From assembly GCF_000039765.1 (NCBI RefSeq), contig NC_004459.3, positions 1-32,000 of the forward strand: a stretch of 32,000 bases of DNA, written 5' to 3'. Numbering within the stretch: the stretch's first letter is position 1; each line of letters opens with the position of its first letter. Shown piece after piece: positions 27,483-32,000 of the stretch. Both the position numbers and the translations under genes were made by a program. The notes beneath the pieces are model-generated. The model did no database searches. It saw only the letters and a program-made list of their open reading frames with translations, and was not told where the DNA came from. This stretch comes from Vibrio vulnificus CMCP6. GTDB lineage: Bacteria > Pseudomonadota > Gammaproteobacteria > Enterobacterales > Vibrionaceae.

Positions 27483-29270
27483 ATGTCTCAACGCACACGT
27501 ATCGTGCTTATGTTCTTCGTTATTTATCTGCTCTGCATGTTGGTCAGCGGCCGCTACATATGGCTGACTAGCTACCAAGCGTTGACGCAGCAGCATCATT
27601 CTCAATTAGAGCGATTCGCCGGGCACATCCAGAACAAACTGGACAAATTCGCGCACATTCCACAATTGCTCGCCAAAGATGAGCCTCTCATCGATGCACT
27701 GCAACAGCCAAACAACAGTGCTCAGATTGATCTGACCAACCGCTATCTCGAAGAAGTGAACGCGGTGATTCAAGCGGCGGATACCTATTTAATTGACGAA
27801 TACGGCAATACTATTGCCGCGAGTAACTGGAATATTGACCGCTCTTTTGTGGGACGTAACTTTGCATTCCGCCCTTATTTTAAACAGGCTATTGTAGGCC
27901 AACGCAGCCAATATTTCGCGCTCGGTTCCACCTCGGGCCAACGGGGCTACTATTACTCCTACCCTGTCACCTATGCAGGGTCGATCATCGGGGTTGTGGT
28001 GGTTAAGATGGAGCTCCTTTCCATAGAGGACAATTGGCGAGAAAAGCGCAGCGTGTTTGTGGCAGACGATGAAAATCAGATCGTTTTTATGTCCAGTGAC
28101 CCTGCTTGGTTATTTAAAAGCCTGACACCAAAGTCAGAGAGCGAACTACAACGTATTCGTGACTCACGACAATATTTGGATAAAAGCATTGAATCACTGG
28201 ATTTCGTCGGTGATTTAAACGCTAAGCAAAGTGAAATCAAGCAAGGCGAACCTTACAGTTCAGGCACCATGATTGTCTCTTCACTGCCTTTACCTGACTT
28301 AGCACTGACGATTCGGGTTCTCTCGTCGAAACATAACTTGGTAATAACCACCTTTGGCCTGCTTTTGGTCGAAACCTTGGTATTTGCGATTCTTTTCTTA
28401 CTTGGTCAACTCTACTACCACCGACAGCAAAAGCATCGCCAGATCGAAAGGGTGCAACAAGAAGCGAAACAAAAGCTGGAGTTCCTTGTGATGGAGCGCA
28501 CCGCCGAGTTGCAAGCAGAAATCGCACAGCGCACCAAGACCGAACAAGCCTTACGACTTACTCAAGATGAACTCATTCAAGCCGCCAAACTCGCAGTTAT
28601 CGGACAGATGTCCGCCAGTATCAGCCACGAACTCAACAACCCATTGGCTGCGATTCGCAGCTTTGCCGATAACGGCAGACTCTTTTTAGAAAAAGAGAAG
28701 TATCCTCGGGTCGATGAAAATCTCAGTCGCATTTCCGCATTGACTGAGCGGATGGCCAAAATCAGCCAACAATTGCGTTCTTTCGCACGAAAATCCGCGG
28801 GTGATGAGCTTGTCGAAGCGCGCTTGATGCCCGTACTACTCTCAGCTAACGAGCTAATGAAACCCTCCCTCAAATCCGCGCGTGTGCAACTCGAAACCGA
28901 TTTTCCAGAACACGATATCCACTTGGTGATCAATACCATTCAGCTGGAACAAGTCCTGATCAATCTGATTACCAATGCGATTGAAGCGATGGAGAACACA
29001 GAGGCAAAGCAACTGCGTATCACCGTGGACCGGACGCTTGAACAGCAAATCCGTGTCCATATCGATGATAGCGGCCCAGGTATCGACCCTGCGAAGTTCG
29101 CTCAGCTTTGCGAACCTTTCCATACTACAAAGAAAAACGGCTTAGGCCTCGGCCTATCGATTTCACAACAGATATTGGCGGGTATGAACGGCAAGCTTCA
29201 AGTGTCACACAGCCCGCTCGGCGGAGCTCGCTTCACCATTATGCTGCCCACTATCAATACAGAGGTTTAA
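27483..29270 (+). CDS. dctB: C4-dicarboxylate-type sensor histidine kinase (DctB-like)
   Basis: N-terminal TM, periplasmic sensor (AFRPYFKQAIVGQRSQYFALGSTSGQRGYYYSYPV), H-box SASISHELNNPLAAIRSFADNG, ATPase motifs NLITNAIEAME and GLGLGLSISQQI. ATG 27483 has a Shine-Dalgarno; the track start is 30 nt upstream. Confidence 0.88.
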   Translation: MSQRTRIVLMFFVIYLLCMLVSGRYIWLTSYQALTQQHHSQLERFAGHIQNKLDKFAHIPQLLAKDEPLIDALQQPNNSAQIDLTNRYLEEVNAVIQAADTYLIDEYGNTIAASNWNIDRSFVGRNFAFRPYFKQAIVGQRSQYFALGSTSGQRGYYYSYPVTYAGSIIGVVVVKMELLSIEDNWREKRSVFVADDENQIVFMSSDPAWLFKSLTPKSESELQRIRDSRQYLDKSIESLDFVGDLNAKQSEIKQGEPYSSGTMIVSSLPLPDLALTIRVLSSKHNLVITTFGLLLVETLVFAILFLLGQLYYHRQQKHRQIERVQQEAKQKLEFLVMERTAELQAEIAQRTKTEQALRLTQDELIQAAKLAVIGQMSASISHELNNPLAAIRSFADNGRLFLEKEKYPRVDENLSRISALTERMAKISQQLRSFARKSAGDELVEARLMPVLLSANELMKPSLKSARVQLETDFPEHDIHLVINTIQLEQVLINLITNAIEAMENTEAKQLRITVDRTLEQQIRVHIDDSGPGIDPAKFAQLCEPFHTTKKNGLGLGLSISQQILAGMNGKLQVSHSPLGGARFTIMLPTINTEV

Positions 29271-29271
29271 T

Positions 29272-30612
29272 ATGAGCTTGGTTTATTTTATTGATGACGA
29301 ATCCGATCTCAGACTCGCCGTGGAACAGAGTTTTGAGTTGGCCGAGATTGAAGCAAACTTTTTTGCTGATGCAGAAAGTGCCTTGTTGGCCATGAAAGCG
29401 CAAACACAACCTGCGGTGGTCATCACCGATATTTGCCTACCCGGCATCTCGGGTATGGACTTGCTCAACACCTTAATTCATCGTGACCCCGATCTACCCG
29501 TCATTATGATCACTGGTCACGGCGACATCTCGATGGCGGTGAAAGCACTTCACAACGGGGCTTATGATTTTATCGAGAAGCCCTTTGCCTCTGAACATCT
29601 AGTGGAAACCGTTAAACGAGCGATTGAAAAACGTCAATTAACCAATGAAAACCAGCTTTTGAGACAATCACTTAAAGCGAGCAAAACCCTTGGACCGAGA
29701 ATCATTGGTGAAACGCCATCCATCCAAGAATTACGAGCAACCATCAGTCACATCGCTGACACCCAAGCTGATATTCTGCTGTTTGGCGAAACAGGCACTG
29801 GCAAAGAGTTGATTGCTCGTTCTATTCATGAACAAAGTCCTCGTCGTGAGAAAAATTTTGTCGCCCTCAATTGCGGGGCTATTCCTGAGAATCTGATTGA
29901 AAGTGAACTCTATGGGCACGAAAAAGGCGCGTTCACTGGCGCAGACAGTCAACGCATTGGGAAATTCGAATTTGCTCAGGGGGGAACGCTGTTTCTCGAT
30001 GAAATTGAATCGATGCCAATGCAAGCACAAATCCGCTTGTTGCGAGTGTTGCAAGAGCGCGTGATTGAACGCGTCGGGTCAAATCAGTTGCTGCCTTTGG
30101 ATGTGCGTATTATCGCCGCCACTAAGGTTGACCTCAAACAAGCGGCAGCCAACGGTGAGTTTCGTCAGGATCTCTACTATCGTCTCAATGTGGTAACCCT
30201 CAACTTGCCGCCTCTTCGGGAACGAAAAGAAGACATCGCGGCCCTCTTTCACCACTTTTTACTGGTGGCGGCGGCTCGTTACGCAAAAACCGTCCCTGCG
30301 CTCTCTGCCAGCGATTTACAGCAGCTGTTAGCTCACAATTGGCCAGGCAATGTGCGAGAACTGCGCAATGCGGCTGAGCGATACATTTTGCTTGGCAAGT
30401 TGGCGCAGCTCGGTGAGACACCTGCAAGCACAACAGTGCATTATGCGCTCTCTGACCAAGTGGCCGAATTTGAAAAAAGCGTCATCGAGCAAACGCTGAT
30501 GGAATGTGGTGGCAGCATCAAAGAGACGATGGACAAACTGCAAGTGGCGAGAAAAACCCTGTATGACAAAATGCAGCGCTATGGTTTAGATAAAGAAAAC
30601 TACAAACAATAA
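29272..30612 (+). CDS. dctD: Sigma-54-dependent response regulator (DctD-like)
   Basis: Receiver domain (VVITDICLPGISGMDLL), AAA+ GETGTGKELIARSIHEQS and GAFTGA sigma-54 contact loop, Fis-type HTH at C-terminus; adjacent to dctB. Confidence 0.9.
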   Translation: MSLVYFIDDESDLRLAVEQSFELAEIEANFFADAESALLAMKAQTQPAVVITDICLPGISGMDLLNTLIHRDPDLPVIMITGHGDISMAVKALHNGAYDFIEKPFASEHLVETVKRAIEKRQLTNENQLLRQSLKASKTLGPRIIGETPSIQELRATISHIADTQADILLFGETGTGKELIARSIHEQSPRREKNFVALNCGAIPENLIESELYGHEKGAFTGADSQRIGKFEFAQGGTLFLDEIESMPMQAQIRLLRVLQERVIERVGSNQLLPLDVRIIAATKVDLKQAAANGEFRQDLYYRLNVVTLNLPPLRERKEDIAALFHHFLLVAAARYAKTVPALSASDLQQLLAHNWPGNVRELRNAAERYILLGKLAQLGETPASTTVHYALSDQVAEFEKSVIEQTLMECGGSIKETMDKLQVARKTLYDKMQRYGLDKENYKQ

Positions 30613-30645
30613 AGGCCACAAAATGATTGGTGGCCTTGTGTCATT
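30612..30645. terminator. Hairpin between convergent dctD and the DUF3857 gene
   Basis: AAGGCCAC (30612-30619) and GTGGCCTT (30630-30637), perfect 8-bp stem, followed by a weak T-rich stretch. Confidence 0.55.
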
Positions 30646-30706
30646 TTTCCCTTGTACTCCTCTCAGATGCACTCAATGGGCAAACATGAGGAATCTTGGT
30701 TCCTTG

Positions 30707-32000
30707 TTATTTTCCTTTGGCATAGCTGAAGTAGTAGGTCATAAACTCATTCGCTTGCTTTGTCTCTTTGATGTACTTCGGTAGTTCATCAACCGAAACC
30801 GAGGACGCCTTTCTTTGGTACCGGTAGTTCATGTTGATTTTCTTATAAACTGGCGCCAATACCTGTAACAGCCCTTCCCCATCACCCTTAATCGAAACAT
30901 CCAGCGAATAGGTATCATTCTTAACTGAAAACGCTTCCTCTTCGAGCTTCAGTCTATCTGGCAAGTTCACCACGATATTCTGCTCTATCATCAAAGGCGA
31001 TCCAACGTAGTACGGAGTTTTACGATTTTGAGCTTCTGGCGCATAGAGCGAGTTATTGATGATATCCGCCGTCACTTCCACTCGCACAGTATTCTCATCA
31101 CCTTCCATCCACGGGTTCTCGAGAACGTAAGTTTCGACCATGGTCACAACATTGCTCTGAGGGTCATCTTGATACTCAAACTCTTCCGCCGCATAAACGC
31201 TTTGATAGAAGCGACTATAGTAGTCTTCATACTCACCCATCACCGTATCCATTGAGTTTGCCGTTAGGTAGCGACGCATACGCTCAGCTTGATGCCCTTC
31301 GTAAAGAGTCGTGATCTTCATCGTGCTGTCACCCTCTTTTTGGTGCTTGAACTGGTATTCAACACTTGAGGTGATCTGATTGGTATTGTTGACATTCATC
31401 TCACTCAACCAAATAGATTCGGGCTTAATCACCAGCGCGTAACCAAGCTCAGACTGTACAATCGAATCTAACGCATCGCCCTGTTCTGTAACTGTCGGAT
31501 CAACCCAATATTCAATACCTTGATGGAAGAAATTCACAATAACATGGTCGAATGCACTATGACCCGGCAGTTGTTCGTTGAGTTTCTCGCGATGAACGGT
31601 ACTCACTAATGCGGGGTAAGCTTCAACGCCAAGTTGGTTTAACAAGGTCGCCAGAAGCAAAGATTTGTCTTTGCAATCACCATAACCTTGCTCCAAGATT
31701 TGCTCAGGCAAACGAGGAGCGTGTGAGCCGATACCGTTCTCAATACCCAAATAACGTATTTTTTGCTGCGAAAGTTTAATCGCCGCCATGATTTGCGCTT
31801 CTTTTGAAGGCAAAGCTTTCAAAAGCTCTAGCTCTTTAGCGAACAAACGCCCAGAGGTAGAATTTGGGTAAAGAGGAAGCGCCCATTGAGCCACCTCTTG
31901 CCAGTTATCGTAGTTCGAAACATTGATATAAGGGTATGGGATAAACCAGCTTGGCTGATCTTTTTCATCAAAATCGTACGCTCTTCTACCATCTTCAAAA
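30707..32000 (-). CDS. DUF3857/transglutaminase-like domain protein, partial (continues beyond the window)
   Basis: YGDCKDKSLLLATLLNQLGVEAYPALVST and HVIVNFFHQGIEYWVDPT are transglutaminase-core-like. The frame stays open to 32000 (FEDGRRAYDFDEKDQPSWFIPYPYINVSNYDNWQEVAQW), so the GTG start at 31894 in the track is internal. Confidence 0.8.
   Translation of the reverse strand, partial: FEDGRRAYDFDEKDQPSWFIPYPYINVSNYDNWQEVAQWALPLYPNSTSGRLFAKELELLKALPSKEAQIMAAIKLSQQKIRYLGIENGIGSHAPRLPEQILEQGYGDCKDKSLLLATLLNQLGVEAYPALVSTVHREKLNEQLPGHSAFDHVIVNFFHQGIEYWVDPTVTEQGDALDSIVQSELGYALVIKPESIWLSEMNVNNTNQITSSVEYQFKHQKEGDSTMKITTLYEGHQAERMRRYLTANSMDTVMGEYEDYYSRFYQSVYAAEEFEYQDDPQSNVVTMVETYVLENPWMEGDENTVRVEVTADIINNSLYAPEAQNRKTPYYVGSPLMIEQNIVVNLPDRLKLEEEAFSVKNDTYSLDVSIKGDGEGLLQVLAPVYKKINMNYRYQRKASSVSVDELPKYIKETKQANEFMTYYFSYAKGK

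Overview
Vibrio-like chromosomal window, assigned from protein similarity only. It has two parts. (1) About 1-15208 looks like accessory or rearranged DNA: a class A beta-lactamase-like serine hydrolase, a CobW/P47K GTPase, a D-aminoacylase-type amidohydrolase, a 5'-truncated M81/MlrC-like gene abutting an IS630-type transposase remnant, an AI-2E-family transporter, and a tight minus-strand MCE/Mla-like lipid transport operon (STAS+MlaE permease, MlaF-like ATPase, MlaD-like MCE protein, auxiliary lipoprotein) followed by a large MscS/KefA-type channel. (2) About 15209-32000 is conserved core: the 3' part of yfbR (N-terminal HD region missing), a dGTPase-like gene, a DTW-domain protein, a rhombosortase, a ComEA-like HhH protein, ppiD, hupB, lon, clpX, clpP, tig, dctB/dctD and a partial DUF3857/transglutaminase gene. 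The most interesting observations are the MCE + MscS neighbourhood, the yfbR breakpoint with three copies of a 12-bp motif (ACAAATGTTGCA) 120-190 bp away, the beta-lactamase-like protein with an altered omega loop, and the M81/IS630 remnant junction. No CRISPR array, tRNA, rRNA or convincing new defence system was recognised.
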